Shown here: one piece after another, positions 39,501-50,324 of the stretch | Layout: every line of letters starts with the position of its first letter | Position numbering within the stretch: the stretch's first letter is position 1 | Assembly: GCA_964592365.1 (NCBI GenBank) | Contig: CAZQDL010000001.1 | Location: 79,541-143,540, forward strand | DNA length: 64,000 bases | Source: an uncultured Candidatus Saccharibacteria bacterium | GTDB lineage: Bacteria; Patescibacteriota; Minisyncoccia; Phycocordibacterales; UBA1006 | Reading direction: 5' to 3' | Made by a program: the position numbers and the translations under genes | The notes under the pieces: generated by a model | Told to the model about the DNA's origin: nothing | What the model saw: the letters and a program-made list of their open reading frames with translations, nothing else | Databases searched by the model: none

Positions 39501-39935
39501 GATGGAGACCCTAGAACAGATGAAGATGCTACAGCTGATGGAATTATTAATGATCCATCAGGACCAGCAACATCAACTCCCCTTGTTGTAAAAACAAATA
39601 CAAGAAGAAGTTCAAAAAAACTTTCTTTTGATGAAATACTAAAAATATTTGGACCAAAAGATTCTGCTACTGACGACACAATTCAAGACGAAAAGAAACC
39701 TAATTGTTCTATTAGTTATAGTCGGTTGATTAGAAAAGGAATATCTGGAGCAGATGTAAAACAAGTACAAACATGTCTTAATTCAATAGGTTATGCATCA
39801 GGTCCTGAAGATGGAATATATGGTCCTTTAACTTTTATTGGAGTTACCTTATATCAAACTTATATGAAACTGAAATATATTGATGGTATCGTTGGTCCGG
39901 AAACATCTGCCTCATTAAATTTACTTTCAAGATAA
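36540..39935 (+). CDS. Large multidomain secreted/surface protein: polysaccharide-deacetylase-like N-terminus, Ig/Fn3-associated domains, choice-of-anchor-U-like region, C-terminal peptidoglycan-binding domain
   Basis: Signal peptide; ADDG and NHGW; DTDGDGILD; INDPSGP; GADVKQVQTCL...DGIYGPLT...DGIVGPET. Confidence 0.7.
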   Translation: MYSMFNIKISTLVVLSMCILTGIFLSASVAKANTSKTISITFDINPSSLSVSKAPLKYNKEFAFSMNADDGVKDSYTIFYKALNGGRIADSDIFSKGAYFTDGAGNKIPFRGDFQLSEMSPNITDTFVNIRNIGNTGYVDWAEATEVSEKGWGITNHGWSQNGFPDPIDRIFPYPAPHNPSTIDYDYEISQNQDAIELNVGVRPIIFGAPDADPGYEPFIFTDHGLFAQFKSFNNTRYSSFGVDINQILDLSSYTILGYVFIPFEDTVSDLINYVDGISESSTNGANHWGRLTMHRFYETEGQNGLGYQSLKQFIEHIESEYGHTGADNGWIASSQEVYEYLYAEENLTIGESIVGNTLTLDLDFGNYPEQFKFQSISLLIDSNAEIVSVTSSDIGSNISFNPETGLINADFRFSNNDAFVEDAIELVELVEETKNQNDYNEADAYVSAMDPGDVKTSLRTRLDNVELFAREWYITFGTSTTLSRGDIWNSVNTSAVVTNKTLNEASGVASSLLYNTVSPFAGIASNGKTPEPSGSGIYDDNIVKAGGFTSASQASYKISNLEEGKVYDIELFASNSFPGTSNFSVVGDQASDIQSLNIFGNTNNTVIFYRVKPSESNDIQVNIAPNGRMGVLHLTERPEVSTPLASSPSGTYNTTQNINLSSTYSDYIKYSTSSLPDTCDDGLLYNDVISISSSETLYVRACDDEGNSATATFSYVIDSVPSNVTINQKSGTNDPSNVDAVFTVVFDNAVLAGTFTKTDISTVGSTATGIDISSITEIEPNDGTTFEVVITTTGDGIVVASVLPDGIADSLGNTNNASTSDDNSITIDTSSNDTDGDGILDSAENSGFNGGDGNGDNILDSAQQEVSTTLNSVTGDYSTLEATGDCSIITENEFIAEGSLIVSDSTSEYPLGLVDFQVECGVPGQSSDIVIYYSQEYDTSGWSYKKFNSSGNAYSDITDLVTFGTHTYTTGPETGNTVTTISFTVTDGDPRTDEDATADGIINDPSGPATSTPLVVKTNTRRSSKKLSFDEILKIFGPKDSATDDTIQDEKKPNCSISYSRLIRKGISGADVKQVQTCLNSIGYASGPEDGIYGPLTFIGVTLYQTYMKLKYIDGIVGPETSASLNLLSR

Positions 39936-40211
39936 TGCCTGAATCTTTCGTCTAATATAAAACTTTTCCTTATAAGTATTATTAATACACAATTAATTTC
40001 TTTTGGGGTAAGAACAAAGTATGGATATACGTTGAAGCAATGGCAGGTTATCACTAATACTTAAGCTAAAGCAGTGATAATGGATTCAGAAGGGAATTAT
40101 TTAAGTAAATTAAAATCTGAAAATCAGGTTTTTATTTTTTCCTCCTTATCTATTTTTTGCTATTTTAATTTTACATAGTATAAATGTAAAAAATAACTAA
40201 ATATATAAAAA

Positions 40212-41544
40212 ATGAGCGACAAAAAAGTTTTTATTCTCGACAGAAATGTCATCACGAATGATGCACATGTAATTTTTAATTTTGGAAACAATAATGATAT
40301 TGTTATTCCACTTCCAGTACTTAAAGAACTTGATAATCATAAGTCTGGAAGCAGACCTATAAATTACCAAGTAAGACAATTCCATACCCTCTTAGATAAG
40401 TTAAGCAGTAACAAAGATGACTCCCAAAGATTGTTTAATGGAGGTGTCGATTTAATTTATGAAGGTAAAAAAACAGGTGGAAAAATTTCGGTTAAATTCT
40501 TTGATCTCCATCCAGACTTAAAAGATAAGCTATCTGAAAAAAATGATTATCAAATTATTAATATTGCATATTGCCTTCAAAAAGAAGGCAGAAATGTTGA
40601 ATTGATATCAGAAGATCTTAATGTTCGGCTAATTGCCCGCACCTTAGATATTATTGCTAGTGGATCAAGATTTAATAGCACCTCAGAAGAAAATTTGAAT
40701 TATACAGGGGTCAAAGAAATAACTGATAATGAAGTTTTGGATAAACTTTTTGGTTCAGATTCAAAAACAATTATTTCTGAAAATCTAGTTGAAAAATCTT
40801 TCTCCTTCTCAAAATGAATATTTTTATTCAGGAAATGAATTATTCTCATATAAAGGAAATAACAAATTCCAGAGAAAAGAATTTCAAAAAAGTGTCTATG
40901 GTATTTCTTCAAGAAATATTGAGCAAAGAGTTTTACTTGATTTACTTCTTGATGACAGCATTTCTGTAATAACAGCTTCAGGCCCAGCGGGAACAGGTAA
41001 AACACTTCTTGGATTAGCGGCAGGTTTTGAGAAACTTAGTAAAAAAGTATTTGAAAATATATTAGTTTCTAGACGTGAAATTGGAGCTGATCAAGAAGAG
41101 CAAGGTTTTCTTCCTGGTGATTCCAATGCAAAATCAGCCCCTTATATGGCACCATTCATTGATAACTTAAAGGTTATTAAAAATGCAAAAGCATCTAATG
41201 TTAACAACCTTAAGAAAATGAGTGGAGAGAATACATACCCGTTTGAGATACTATCCATGATGTATTTACGAGGAAGAACATTATCAAATTCTTTCATCAT
41301 CATAGATGAAGCTCAAAATCTTACCCCTAGTCTTGTAAAGACTATTATCACAAGAGCAGGTGAGGGAACTAAGATACTTTTTTGCGGAGATTTAGATCAG
41401 GTAGATGATAAGTATTTACGTAAAAACTTAAATGGCTTGTCCTATTTAATGGAAAATTTAAAAAATCATTCAATATATGGGCATATTGCATTACGAGAAA
41501 TTGAACGTTCTCCGTTAGCAAAATTAGGAACACTGCTTCCATAA
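40212..41544 (+). pseudogene. phoH: PIN + PhoH family ATPase split by a +1 frameshift near 40790
   Basis: 40212-40817 encodes the PIN domain (ILDRNV, VLKELD, ND, SEDLNVR); 40789-41544 encodes the ATPase (GPAGTGKT, GFLPGD, YLRGRT, DEAQN, RSPLA); the frames overlap at an A5 run. Confidence 0.8.
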
Positions 41545-41578
41545 GATAAAAACCAGTAGAGATACTGGTTTTTTATAG

Positions 41579-43156
41579 TTACCACGATCCACCTCCTCCT
41601 CCACCTGAACCACCACCTGATGAACCTCCACCACCAGAACCAGAGCTTTGAGTACTAGTATTTGACATAACCGTATGTGTTATATTTCTCAAAGAATTAG
41701 CAAGTAACAGACTTTCGTGTGACGAACCTCTGTACCAACTAGTGTCATCAATGGTGATATGTTTAAACTGAAGTGCCCATTTTTTTTCTACCCCGAAGGC
41801 AATAGCATATGGAAGATATTCCATAAATTCTTCGCCCTTCATCTCCGTTGGGTTGTTGAAGAATGCATAACGTTCTTTTTCAGTCATAGAAAGAAATCTT
41901 CTGAATCCTTTTAGGTAGTAGTGAATATTCCAACCTTCTTTTGTTAACCGATGCGTACTGAATCCTAGGAAACTTATTTTCTCAAGAAAATTCTTTTCCA
42001 TTAATTCATTTACTATATATTTCTTCGCTTCTTCTTTTTCATAGATTTTATTCCCACGCTTTTTTCTAATGTCACTGAGCTTTCTGTGTGGAATTACAGC
42101 AGAAGAAGTATCTTCTTGAAAAAGGATTGAAATGATAAACTCCATATCTTTAGGAAGAGGTTCATTTTGTTCATATACATCAGTATTCAAATCAAAAAGA
42201 AAATCTTCAGCTGAAAACATATTCTCTTTGGGTATATGAGTGATTGTTAAATATCCTTGCTGTGCCATATAGATGATACCAGCTGAAATATCACGGGGAT
42301 CAAAAGAGGTATCCATCAAATAACCGGTAAAAATCGGATTTAGATTTTTTAAAGGTTCAAATTCTGTAACTACTGGTTGATTATAGAAATGTTTTCTTTT
42401 TTTAATTTCAATTCCTATTTTCAATAGAAATGCAAATATAAAAGGAAAAATAAAGATAAACATCATAGACTGATTACCACCTCTATTTTGAACAATTGGC
42501 ACCAAACCCTTATCAAAACTTGATGCTACCGTGAGCCCTTCTCCTATAGATAAATTATTCTCAGAAAATATAATTTCAGTATCACCTTGTTTTATACGCT
42601 CACAGGTATTTACCGAACCAAATTCTCCTGCATAGCATGCACTGTTCTTGAATTGTATGGTTGACGTGGAAATTGATGCAGAAGCTTTATTGATAGGAAC
42701 TTCCCATTCGTTTCCAGTAACATTCCAATATAGTTCATCGTAATCATCAAAATATCTGAGCGCACCAGTTACCATGTAGGTAATTTCGTAGGTATGTAAA
42801 TCAGAAATAAATATATTTTCATTTCCAATTCTTACTGAAAAATACCCAGGCTTATTTTCTAATTGATAATTTTCTTCTAAGCCGTTTCTAGTAACAGAAA
42901 TAAGTTCAATATCCATCTGATAGACAGCATCTTTGTTATTCATATCAATTACATTGAAGGTATAGGGAATGTTTCTAAAGATTCCTCTTTTTTGATTATC
43001 TTCAAAATTATATTCAATCGTTTCTGTTACGATAATTGAAGCATCTGAGTTAATAACTAGATCACTATGAAAGGTATTAATTTCTTCTGCATGAATTAGT
43101 TGAGCTGAAAGAAATAGGATTGATGTGATAAGTATTTTAAGGAAGGTTTTAATCAT
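41579..43156 (-). CDS. DUF2207 family membrane protein
   Basis: [29 protein letters not shown]-terminal [12 protein letters not shown]. Confidence 0.9.
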   Translation of the reverse strand: MIKTFLKILITSILFLSAQLIHAEEINTFHSDLVINSDASIIVTETIEYNFEDNQKRGIFRNIPYTFNVIDMNNKDAVYQMDIELISVTRNGLEENYQLENKPGYFSVRIGNENIFISDLHTYEITYMVTGALRYFDDYDELYWNVTGNEWEVPINKASASISTSTIQFKNSACYAGEFGSVNTCERIKQGDTEIIFSENNLSIGEGLTVASSFDKGLVPIVQNRGGNQSMMFIFIFPFIFAFLLKIGIEIKKRKHFYNQPVVTEFEPLKNLNPIFTGYLMDTSFDPRDISAGIIYMAQQGYLTITHIPKENMFSAEDFLFDLNTDVYEQNEPLPKDMEFIISILFQEDTSSAVIPHRKLSDIRKKRGNKIYEKEEAKKYIVNELMEKNFLEKISFLGFSTHRLTKEGWNIHYYLKGFRRFLSMTEKERYAFFNNPTEMKGEEFMEYLPYAIAFGVEKKWALQFKHITIDDTSWYRGSSHESLLLANSLRNITHTVMSNTSTQSSGSGGGGSSGGGSGGGGGGSW

Positions 43157-43252
43157 GGTGGAGAAGAATGAAATCTTATACAATTAGATTGTATAATGTA
43201 ATTTCAATTATCTCTAATTGAAAAAGAGCTTGTATATTGTTACAATGCATTT

Positions 43253-43762
43253 ATGAATATATCCAAATCAAAAGGATTCACCTTAATTGAACTATTGGTG
43301 GTAGTTGCCATCATTGGAATATTAGCAACTGTGGTGTTAGCGTCATTAGGTAGTGCTCGTGATAGGGCAAGATATACGAAGGTGCTTGCTTCATTGAAAC
43401 AATTGGAAACTGAATTACATATTCAAAATCCAGGATCATGGTGGCCAGAAACTTCTGGTGGAGGAATTCCTACAAGTAGCAATATTAGCTTATCTAAATA
43501 TAATTTTGGTTGGACCATTCATTATGATAATGATGGGGATGTTCTTCCTATCGTAGGAGATTGTGTCTTTACAGAAGGTGTTAGAGGCTACGGAGTTAAC
43601 ATATTCCTCGTATCATTATCTGCAGCAGATTTTGATACCCTCAATGATTATATCGATCCAGAAGAAAAAGGTGATACTGATACTAATAAACAATCTTGTG
43701 GAAAATTTAGATATGCTGGTACTACAGGAATATATAGCATAGCCAAAGATGCGAATAGTTAA
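43253..43762 (+). CDS. Type IV pilin / prepilin-type protein (pilin C, outside the array)
   Basis: KG|FTLIELLVVVAIIG; shares DxYID...CGKFRY with pilin A. Confidence 0.92.
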   Translation: MNISKSKGFTLIELLVVVAIIGILATVVLASLGSARDRARYTKVLASLKQLETELHIQNPGSWWPETSGGGIPTSSNISLSKYNFGWTIHYDNDGDVLPIVGDCVFTEGVRGYGVNIFLVSLSAADFDTLNDYIDPEEKGDTDTNKQSCGKFRYAGTTGIYSIAKDANS

Positions 43763-43818
43763 AGTAATCAAAATACCTAGAATTCTTTTTTAGGTATTTT
43801 TTGATATACTACTACCTG

Positions 43819-45030
43819 ATGAAAAAAATAATTATTGCCTTATTCGCACTTCTTTCTCCTGTATTGTCATATGCACAAGAAATACCAAATCAAGAAATTC
43901 CCGATGCTCATGCTTACATCTTTGTAAGAGATGATTGTTCTCATTGTATAGACCTAAAAGAATTTATAGAGAAACATGATATTGAAACTGAAGATTTCGC
44001 TATTCACTATATTGATATTCAAACTCCAAATGGAGAAATACTCTTCAATGATGCAACAACAAAGCTTAGTACCGGAAAGGTTACTCCAATTACCTTAGTG
44101 AACAAAGAGGTGTTTGTTGGTTTTTCTGAAAAGGTATTAGGTAAGGTTCTTCTTGATGGTTCACAAAACGGTAGTGTAGAAAAAACTCCATACTATGAAT
44201 ACATGAACCTCGATACCTATCATCCTGGAGTAGGATGTACTGAAGAATCTGAAGTTTGTGAGGAAGATCTAAAAAGTACAGAAATGGTACTTCCTGTTGT
44301 TGGAACTATTAACCCACAAAATGTATCACTTTCTTTCCTAGCAATTGCTTTAGGTTTTGTTGACGGATTTAATCCGTGTGCCATGTGGGTACTTCTAACC
44401 TTCCTCGTTATTTTGTCTCAAATAGGTGACAGAAAAAAGATGATACAGGTAGCTGGATTATTCATGCTTGCTGAAGCGGTAATGTATTATCTAATTCTCA
44501 ATGTTTGGTATCAAACATGGGATTTTATCGCATTAGATAGGGTAGTAACACCAGCTGTAGGTGCTTTGGCATTAGGGTCAGGAATTTTCTTTCTGTATAA
44601 ATATATTAAGAGTAGAAATGAAGCATTAACTTGTGATGTAACGAGTTTGGAACATCAAGAAAAAACACAAAGTAAGATAAAAAATCTTATTTCAAGACCT
44701 ATGAGTTTTGTTGTAGCTGCTGGTATTATTGGGCTTGCTCTTTCTGTTAATGTTATTGAATTTGCTTGTTCTGTAGGTATTCCTCAAGCCTTTACCAAGG
44801 TACTTGAATTGAATAATTTATCTTTCCTACAATATCAAGCATATACCTTACTTTATACTGTATTTTATATGGTAGATGATCTTATCGTTTTTGGTTTGGC
44901 TATCTGGGGTTACAAAAAATTCTATGCAGTTGGTCAAAAGTATTCAAAAATATCAACAGGTATTGCTGGTATCCTTATGCTTATTTTAGGTGCAATACTA
45001 ATCTTTAATCCAAACATTCTTTCTTTCTAA
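43819..45030 (+). CDS. Glutaredoxin-like domain plus DsbD/CcdA-like membrane protein
   Basis: CSHC; DGFNPCAMWVL; EFACSVG. Confidence 0.85.
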   Translation: MKKIIIALFALLSPVLSYAQEIPNQEIPDAHAYIFVRDDCSHCIDLKEFIEKHDIETEDFAIHYIDIQTPNGEILFNDATTKLSTGKVTPITLVNKEVFVGFSEKVLGKVLLDGSQNGSVEKTPYYEYMNLDTYHPGVGCTEESEVCEEDLKSTEMVLPVVGTINPQNVSLSFLAIALGFVDGFNPCAMWVLLTFLVILSQIGDRKKMIQVAGLFMLAEAVMYYLILNVWYQTWDFIALDRVVTPAVGALALGSGIFFLYKYIKSRNEALTCDVTSLEHQEKTQSKIKNLISRPMSFVVAAGIIGLALSVNVIEFACSVGIPQAFTKVLELNNLSFLQYQAYTLLYTVFYMVDDLIVFGLAIWGYKKFYAVGQKYSKISTGIAGILMLILGAILIFNPNILSF

Positions 45031-45068
45031 TTTTTGTAGAGAAAGTCTGAACATAGTAGAATGTGTTT

Positions 45069-47420
45069 ATGAACTCAACAGAAGATCAATTACGATCATT
45101 ACAGGAATTTACACGACTTACTAATTATTTATCAGCAGCACAAATATTCTTGCGTGATAATATTTATCTTGAAAATCCACTAACTTTTCAAGATTTAAAA
45201 AGAAACTTACTCGGTCACTGGGGAACTTGCCCAGGTATTAATCTTATCTATGCTCATACCAATCGTTTGATTGTGAAAAATGAGGATAGGGATTTTTTAC
45301 TGGTTGTAGGTCCTGGTCATGGTTTTCCTGCATATCAAGCAGGTATCTTTGTCGATGGGGCGGTTTCTGAAATGAATGAGAACATTCCCTATTCCAAAAA
45401 AGGTTTGGAAGAGTTGGTTAAAAAATTCTCAATTCCTTATGGTTTTCCTTCTCACTTAAACCCTGAAGCACCGGGAGTAATTTTAGAAGGTGGAGAACTT
45501 GGATATTCACTTTCTGTTTCTGCAGGATCAGTACTTGATAATCCGAAGTTAATAACTGTCTGTATCGTGGGTGATGGTGAAGCAGAAACAGGAACCCTTG
45601 CTTCTTCTTGGCATATTAATAAATTTATCTCACCACTTACTGACGGAGCTGTATTACCAGTACTTCATCTCAATGGTTACAAAATATCAGGGCCTACCAT
45701 ATTTGGAAGAATGTCTAATGAAGATCTCTACAGTCATTTTAGTTCTTTGGGGTATGAACCACTATTTATCGAAGCAGATGCTTTTCCTGATATGCATAGT
45801 CATGCATTACCAGCTTTTGATATGGCCTATGAAATGATTGTTTCTATTCAAGAAAATTATAGAAAGGAAATAGATACAGCCTTTCCTCGATGGCCACTTA
45901 TCATTTTAAAAACTCCAAAGGGGCTTACTGCACCAACTGATGTATCAGGAAAGAGAATCGTAGGAAATCATTTCTCACATCAGGTAGTGTTTGATGATTT
46001 GCAAACTAATGAAAGTAATCTTTCTTTGTTAGAAGGATGGTTATCTTCATATCAACTTCATGAACTCATTAGCTTCAATGAAGATGGGGGAATAGTATTA
46101 AGTGATTCAATTCAAAAACTTATTCCAAGAAAAGAACGTTCGTTAGGTTGTTCTCCTTATGCTCATGGGAAATTTACCAAAGAAGCAAAAGTACCATCTT
46201 TTGATGAGGTATATACCGATCAAGAACCTGTGTTTGAGCATGGAGATAATGCTATGAAAGAAACAGGGAAGTATATGAAATCACTTATCGAACTCGGAAA
46301 TGATTTCAGACTTTTCTCCCCTGACGAAACGTATTCAAATCGTTTAGAAGATATTTTTGGAGCAACAAAACGAGTATGGCTTCTTCCTCAAAAAGATTTT
46401 GATATGGATATGGCAAAATCTGGTCGGGTGATAGAAATGCTATCTGAAAATGTTCTGTTTGGAATGATGTGGGGATATTCGTTAACAGGAAGACGTGGTT
46501 ACTTTGTTAGTTACGAGGCCTTTGCTCAAATTATTAGTTCAATGGCAAATCAATACGTAAAGTTCATTAAAATTGCTCGTAACGTACCTTTCAGAGAACA
46601 TGTCCCTTCAGTAAATATTATCCTTTCTTCATTATTGGAACGACAAGATCATAATGGATTTTCACATCAAAGCCCCTCACTTATTTCTTCCCATACAGAT
46701 TATGATTTAGATATTAGACATATCTATTTCCCAGCAGATAAGAATCTTATGAAATGTGCTATGGAAAAAACAATGACTTCGTATAATAAATTGAATGTTA
46801 TTGTTTGCGGGAAAAAGATGACGAGAACATGGTTAACAAAGGAAGAAACAATACAACAAGCAGATGATGGAATTATGATATGGAATAGTTACTCTGATGA
46901 AAATCCAGATGTAGTTGTGGTAACTGCTGGTGACTATGTTACCGAAGAAGCCATTGCAGGAATGAAAATTATCAAAGAAAAAATTCCAGAAGTTAAGGTA
47001 AGATTTATCAATCTCTTTGATCTCAATGTACTTTCAGAAACTGACGAACGTTTTAGTACCCAGGAATTGATTGAAAAATTTTTTACTGCAGATAAAGGGA
47101 TTGTATTTAATTTCCATGGATATCCTTCTACCATTAAAAAATTGTTATTCAATTATGGAATTTCAGAAAGAATAATTATTAACGGATATAAAGAAGAGGG
47201 CTCAACAACTTCACCGTTTGATATGAAGGCGCGAAATAATCTATCTCGATTCCATTTACTTGCAGATGTTTCTACCCTTGCTTGTAAGTTTGGTGATGTA
47301 TCTCAAAATACATGTAACCTTATGGTGGATTACGCAGAAGAACTATTAGGTTGGGAAAAACGATGTATTGTTGAAAATGCAGTTGATCCAGATTCAATTC
47401 AACAGTGGGATAAAGCATAA
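45069..47420 (+). CDS. xfp: Phosphoketolase (xylulose-5-P/fructose-6-P)
   Basis: LGHWGTCPG, GPGHG, EGGELGYSLS, GDGEAETG, QDHNGFSHQ. Confidence 0.95.
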   Translation: MNSTEDQLRSLQEFTRLTNYLSAAQIFLRDNIYLENPLTFQDLKRNLLGHWGTCPGINLIYAHTNRLIVKNEDRDFLLVVGPGHGFPAYQAGIFVDGAVSEMNENIPYSKKGLEELVKKFSIPYGFPSHLNPEAPGVILEGGELGYSLSVSAGSVLDNPKLITVCIVGDGEAETGTLASSWHINKFISPLTDGAVLPVLHLNGYKISGPTIFGRMSNEDLYSHFSSLGYEPLFIEADAFPDMHSHALPAFDMAYEMIVSIQENYRKEIDTAFPRWPLIILKTPKGLTAPTDVSGKRIVGNHFSHQVVFDDLQTNESNLSLLEGWLSSYQLHELISFNEDGGIVLSDSIQKLIPRKERSLGCSPYAHGKFTKEAKVPSFDEVYTDQEPVFEHGDNAMKETGKYMKSLIELGNDFRLFSPDETYSNRLEDIFGATKRVWLLPQKDFDMDMAKSGRVIEMLSENVLFGMMWGYSLTGRRGYFVSYEAFAQIISSMANQYVKFIKIARNVPFREHVPSVNIILSSLLERQDHNGFSHQSPSLISSHTDYDLDIRHIYFPADKNLMKCAMEKTMTSYNKLNVIVCGKKMTRTWLTKEETIQQADDGIMIWNSYSDENPDVVVVTAGDYVTEEAIAGMKIIKEKIPEVKVRFINLFDLNVLSETDERFSTQELIEKFFTADKGIVFNFHGYPSTIKKLLFNYGISERIIINGYKEEGSTTSPFDMKARNNLSRFHLLADVSTLACKFGDVSQNTCNLMVDYAEELLGWEKRCIVENAVDPDSIQQWDKA

Positions 47421-47458
47421 TCACCGAAAGGTGATTTTTGTTATATACTAAAGAACGT

Positions 47459-48475
47459 ATGAATACCCTTGTAATCAATCCAGGATCAACTGGAATTAAA
47501 TACAAAATCTTTGATGCAAATGCTCAGGTTTTGGACGCAAAAAAGATAAGTCTTGTCACTTTAAATCAAGAACATCCCTTTGATCAGTATTCAGAGACTA
47601 TTAGCAAAATTGTTGTGAGAGTTGTTCATGGTGGAAACCTTAGCTCCCCTCAACTTCTTAGTGATGAAAATGAAAAGATCGTAACTGAGTTTTTAGATTT
47701 TGCCCCTATACACAATAAATTATCTCTTGAGGTGATTAATTTCTTGAAAAAAGAATTTACCAATATTCCTATTTATCTATATTTTGATACTTCATTTCAT
47801 ACTAATATCCCACTTCATATAAGAAGCTACGCTATTCCAAAAGAGTTAGCCTTGAAACATAAACTATACCGCTATGGCTTCCATGGAATTGCAATTGAAT
47901 CAGCTTTATCTCAAGTACAAGAAGATAATGATAGTTTACCTGAACATATTATCTGTGTTCACTTAGGAGGGGGTTCATCGGTAACAGGGGTTTTAGAAGG
48001 AAAATCTATATATACCAGTATGGGTTTAACACCTCTTTCAGGGTTGATGATGGTAACTCGCTCAGGAGATGTTGATCCTGATATGCCACGCATCATATCG
48101 CAAAAAGAAAACCTTGACATGCAATCAGTTTCAGAATTACTAAATTACAAAAGTGGATTTCTTGGCCTAACAGGAAGTACTGATACACTTGAAATATTTT
48201 CTGAAGCACAGGAGGGTAACAGTGAAGCAAAACTTTCATTTGATATGTATGTATCAGCAATAGTGCGAGAAATATTTTCAGCTTATGCTGAGCTCCAAAA
48301 AGTCGATGCTATTACCTTCTCGGGTGGTATTGGGTATGGAAATGAATATTTAAGATCATCAGTGATGCAAAAAATTTCACCACTTAATATACCTTCAGAT
48401 AATATATTTGTGGTTGATGTAGATGAAGAGCTACTCATGTATGAAAAGGTACAAAACTATGAAAAAGAGCGTTAG
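47459..48475 (+). CDS. ackA: Acetate kinase
   Basis: INPGSTGIKY, RVVHGG, APIHN, RYGFHG, HLGGGSS, TSMGLTPL. Confidence 0.93.
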   Translation: MNTLVINPGSTGIKYKIFDANAQVLDAKKISLVTLNQEHPFDQYSETISKIVVRVVHGGNLSSPQLLSDENEKIVTEFLDFAPIHNKLSLEVINFLKKEFTNIPIYLYFDTSFHTNIPLHIRSYAIPKELALKHKLYRYGFHGIAIESALSQVQEDNDSLPEHIICVHLGGGSSVTGVLEGKSIYTSMGLTPLSGLMMVTRSGDVDPDMPRIISQKENLDMQSVSELLNYKSGFLGLTGSTDTLEIFSEAQEGNSEAKLSFDMYVSAIVREIFSAYAELQKVDAITFSGGIGYGNEYLRSSVMQKISPLNIPSDNIFVVDVDEELLMYEKVQNYEKER

Positions 48476-48507
48476 CTCTTTTTATATTGCAGGGATATAA
48501 TATGGGT

Positions 48508-48858
48508 ATGGCAGGAATATATGGAAAAAGAATACTCTTTATTTTTTTCAGTACTATTCTGCTTGGTAATTTTTTCTCCACCTTTTCTATCTATACATCA
48601 GTTAATGATGAAGCTTGTACCATTAAAAAAGCACACACTAATCCTTGTTCCTTTGTTCAGGTAGAAGGAGTACTCTATGAAATTCCAGAGGAAATTGATG
48701 CATCCTTCGATAGCTATCACATACCTACTATTCATACAGCGTACGTACCTATTACCCAACTTGTTATACAACCCTTCTTTCTTGATGAAGCTTATGTTCC
48801 ATATAAAACAAGGCCTCCATCTGAAACTGAATTAGCACGAAGTCATTTATTATCATAG
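48508..48858 (+). CDS. Hypothetical protein
   Basis: N-terminal TM helix, C-terminal TRPP. Confidence 0.45.
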   Translation: MAGIYGKRILFIFFSTILLGNFFSTFSIYTSVNDEACTIKKAHTNPCSFVQVEGVLYEIPEEIDASFDSYHIPTIHTAYVPITQLVIQPFFLDEAYVPYKTRPPSETELARSHLLS

Positions 48859-48897
48859 GAAATATCAATTGTTATTAACCTATTAATTAATGAATAT

Positions 48898-49272
48898 ATG
48901 TATTTATCAAACGAACAAAAAAACTTTATCCTTTCTTGTGATGCAAAAGCACTAGGTACCTACGGTGATGAAATCAACGTTGTTCCTGTATCATCAATTT
49001 TTATACGAGAAGAAAACATCGTACTGTGTGACTATTTTATGAACAAAACAGCTAAAAATATTTTGGATAATCCAAATGTGAGTATCAGTTGTTGGTCAGG
49101 AATATCAGGTATTCAGATAAAGGGGGAAGCAAGTTATCATGAATCCGGTTTTCTCTTTCAGGAAATACAAGAGGAAATAAAAACAATGCATCCAAACAGG
49201 ATACTAAAAGGAATTATTATTATCTCCCCTCAGATTATTTACGACACTTCTTTGAACCCAGCACTTATTTAA
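48898..49272 (+). CDS. Pyridoxamine 5'-phosphate oxidase-like FMN-binding protein
   Basis: NVVPV, DYFMNKTAKNILDNP, GIQIKG. Confidence 0.85.
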   Translation: MYLSNEQKNFILSCDAKALGTYGDEINVVPVSSIFIREENIVLCDYFMNKTAKNILDNPNVSISCWSGISGIQIKGEASYHESGFLFQEIQEEIKTMHPNRILKGIIIISPQIIYDTSLNPALI

Positions 49273-49275
49273 ACT

Positions 49276-50259
49276 ATGAAAACAATACTTACCTTACTTC
49301 TTGGAATAATTACACTTCTTCCTAAAAATGCACTAGCCCATGTTCGATATCTTTCAAGTGAATTAGAACAACGTAACTATGGACAATCAAACTTTGATAT
49401 CTTTTTTGCACCACTTCAGGATCCTAAATATGTGGTTATGATCTTAGCAACAATATTTATTATCATCCTTGTATATTGGTACTGTGATCATAATAGGTAT
49501 ATCCATAAGTGGACAGACCATATGACAAAGATAGGGGAATCATACAAACAGTTCATCCCTTGGATTACCAGATTGTCATTGGGTATTCTTCTTATCAGTG
49601 GTGCAACCAATGCATTCCTTATTTCTCCAGTAGTTGAAAATGGATCGACGTTCATTTCATTGGTTCAGCTTGTCACTGGATTCTTCTTAATGGCTGGCTT
49701 CCTTACCGGAATATCAGCAGTTGTAGCTTTATTCTTGTTCACCTATGCACTTTTCCAAGATCCATACCTTATCGGATCATTTGATATTCTTGCCCTTATC
49801 TTATCCCTCTTCGCTTTAGATAGTAGAAGACCAGGAGTTGATGATATTCTTGATATACCAGATTGGTTACATGAAAAAAAGATACGAGAATATCTCCCTA
49901 CGATTTTAAGGGTTGGAGTAGGTATAGGAATGAGTTATCTTGCCTTTGTTGAAAAAATCCTTACCCCAGAATTAGCATCACTCGTTGTTGAACGATCAGG
50001 ACTTATTGAAGTTATTCCAGTTTCTTCTGGTATGTGGACTTTCTCAGCAGGAATTATTGAACTTCTTGTTGGGTTAATGTTGATTGTCGGTTGGAAAACA
50101 AGAATTGCATCAGTTGCAGCTTTAGTTATCCTTTCACTATCCTTCTTCTATTTTGGTGAAGATGTAAGTTCCCATGTAACTCTCTTTGGAATTCTTTCCG
50201 CTGTATTTATTCTGGGAGTTGGAAAGTTAGGTATTGATGCTCCTCATACGGTGAAGTAA
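49276..50259 (+). CDS. DoxX family membrane protein
   Basis: AHVRY N-terminus; two DoxX-like halves (ELLVGLMLIVGWKTR). Confidence 0.75.
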   Translation: MKTILTLLLGIITLLPKNALAHVRYLSSELEQRNYGQSNFDIFFAPLQDPKYVVMILATIFIIILVYWYCDHNRYIHKWTDHMTKIGESYKQFIPWITRLSLGILLISGATNAFLISPVVENGSTFISLVQLVTGFFLMAGFLTGISAVVALFLFTYALFQDPYLIGSFDILALILSLFALDSRRPGVDDILDIPDWLHEKKIREYLPTILRVGVGIGMSYLAFVEKILTPELASLVVERSGLIEVIPVSSGMWTFSAGIIELLVGLMLIVGWKTRIASVAALVILSLSFFYFGEDVSSHVTLFGILSAVFILGVGKLGIDAPHTVK

Positions 50260-50324
50260 AAAGCGATGCTAAAAGCATGGCTTTTTATATAGGGTAATGA
50301 AGACATATCTTGTATAATTTAAGT

